This document shows, one piece after another, positions 62,920 to 64,000 of a stretch of 64,000 nucleotides of DNA. Position 1 is the first letter of the stretch. Each line of letters starts with the position of its first letter. A model generated the notes under the pieces. The model was not told the DNA's origin. It made no database searches and saw only the letters and a list, made by a program, of their open reading frames with translations. The position numbers were made by a program, and so were the translations under genes. The stretch is from a bacterium (lineage in GTDB: Bacteria > Zhuqueibacterota > Zhuqueibacteria > Residuimicrobiales > Residuimicrobiaceae): assembly GCA_036788095.1 (NCBI GenBank), contig DAIQOA010000001.1:3948-67947 (forward strand). The letters are read 5' to 3'.

Positions 62920-64000
62920 GACGGGTTTCCTGCGGAGTAGAGGGTTTCCTCGGCATTCCCTGCCCAGCCTTTTTCCCGCCACCGCTCCAATTTGACTCTG
63001 ATTGGATGACTCACCCGGCATTGGATCAGAATCCGGTCGTGTTCATAGACGACCTGCTTGACCGTGGTCAGGTCGTACAGTCTGGCCACCACCGATGCCC
63101 GGTCCATGGGCAGCTCGAGCTCCATGTCGCTGAAGGATTTTTCCACCTGCTCGGCCAGCACGGCCAACAGGTGAGAAAGATGAATGCCGCGTTCCGCGGA
63201 GATGAACACGCAGGGTTGCGAGTGCGTGGCGTGATATTGCAGAAGCGACTGGTCCGGCAGCCGGTCGATTTTATTGAACACGCGAATGATGGGACGATCG
63301 TTTAATTTCAGCTCCGCCAAAACGCCGTCGACCACGCGGATCTGTTCTTCGCAGGCTGGATGTGAGATATCGATCAGATGCAACAGCAGATCGGCGGTTG
63401 CGGCCTCTTCCAGCGTGCTCTTAAACGACGCCACCAGATGATGCGGCAGTTTGCGGATAAAGCCGACGGTGTCGATGAGCAGCACCTGAGAATGATCTGA
63501 AAGGTCGAGGGAGCGCACGGTCGCATCCAGGGTGGCGAAAAGCCGGTCCTGCACCAGTACGCCGGCCTCTGTCAACGCGTTGAGCAGCGTGGATTTGCCG
63601 ACGTTGGTATATCCCACCAGGGCGACTTTGAACGATTCCCGGCGGTTTTTCCGGCGGATGAAGCGCTGGCTGGAGATTTTTTCCAGTTCTGATTCCAGCA
63701 CGGCGATGCGTTTACGGATCAACCGGCGGTCGGTTTCCAGCTGGGTTTCACCAGGACCGCGGACGCCGATACCGCCCACCTGGCGCGAGAGATGGCGCCA
63801 TTGCCGGGTCAGCCGCGGCAACTGATACTTGAGCTGCGCCAGTTCCACCTGTGTGCGCGCCTCGCGGGTGCGCGCATGTTTGGCAAAGATGTCCAGAATG
63901 AGGCCGCTGCGATCGATGATTTTTATGCCGCAGAGCTCTTCGATGTTTTTCGCCTGGGCCGGCGTCAGGTCGTCGTCAAAGATGATCAGATCCGCGTCCA
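62916..64000 (-). CDS. hflX: GTPase HflX (N-terminal part lies beyond the window end)
   Basis: G-domain '[19 protein letters not shown]', 'DTVGFI', 'NKID'. The frame stays open to the window edge through the HflX N-domain (...[41 protein letters not shown]...). Confidence 0.85.
   Translation of the reverse strand, partial: DADLIIFDDDLTPAQAKNIEELCGIKIIDRSGLILDIFAKHARTREARTQVELAQLKYQLPRLTRQWRHLSRQVGGIGVRGPGETQLETDRRLIRKRIAVLESELEKISSQRFIRRKNRRESFKVALVGYTNVGKSTLLNALTEAGVLVQDRLFATLDATVRSLDLSDHSQVLLIDTVGFIRKLPHHLVASFKSTLEEAATADLLLHLIDISHPACEEQIRVVDGVLAELKLNDRPIIRVFNKIDRLPDQSLLQYHATHSQPCVFISAERGIHLSHLLAVLAEQVEKSFSDMELELPMDRASVVARLYDLTTVKQVVYEHDRILIQCRVSHPIRVKLERWREKGWAGNAEETLYSAGNPS

Overview
This is a high-GC (~60%) bacterial chromosomal segment with dense coding on both strands and no rRNA, tRNA, CRISPR, transposase or integrase that I could recognise. 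Several large secreted proteins end in a type IX secretion (T9SS) C-terminal sorting domain, there is a PorV/PorQ-family β-barrel gene, and both TonB-dependent receptors carry a CarbopepD_reg N-domain. Together these point to a member of the FCB superphylum that is outside the low-GC lineages. Gene order, left to right: partial proA, a VOC protein, mnmA and an S9 peptidase. A divergent phoU | pstS-pstC-pstA-pstB-pstB phosphate-uptake locus follows, then a metallophosphoesterase, two T9SS cargo proteins (one a tandem OB-fold module protein), and a lipoprotein–TBDR–PorV/Q-like–NHL-lipoprotein cluster with a second TBDR. Next come an ogt–NUDIX–SSB-like operon, LptD-like and rarA, and a ~1.2 kb AT-rich islet carrying a GxxExxY (PD-(D/E)XK) gene. 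After that are three transporters, a citrate-lyase-like pair in which the acyl-carrier subunit is fused to CitE (CitD·CitE + CitF), secD-secF, a STAS protein, purA, a lamin-tail-domain protein, a Na+/solute symporter, photolyase with gcvP, a cold-shock gene, a T9SS-sorted propeller/C39-peptidase protein, a SerB–SerA fusion, a thioesterase, a sensor-type β-propeller protein and partial hflX. About ten promoters fit one recurring pattern, TTGAnn-N17-TAnnTT, and several clean rho-independent terminators are visible. The most unusual points are: the CitD-like domain lacks the prosthetic-group serine; an in-frame TGA separates the S9 peptidase from its signal peptide; a phosphate/eDNA-scavenging style neighbourhood; the TBDR–PorV/Q operon; the ogt–NUDIX–SSB-like operon; and the AT-rich islet next to a perfect 15-bp palindrome.
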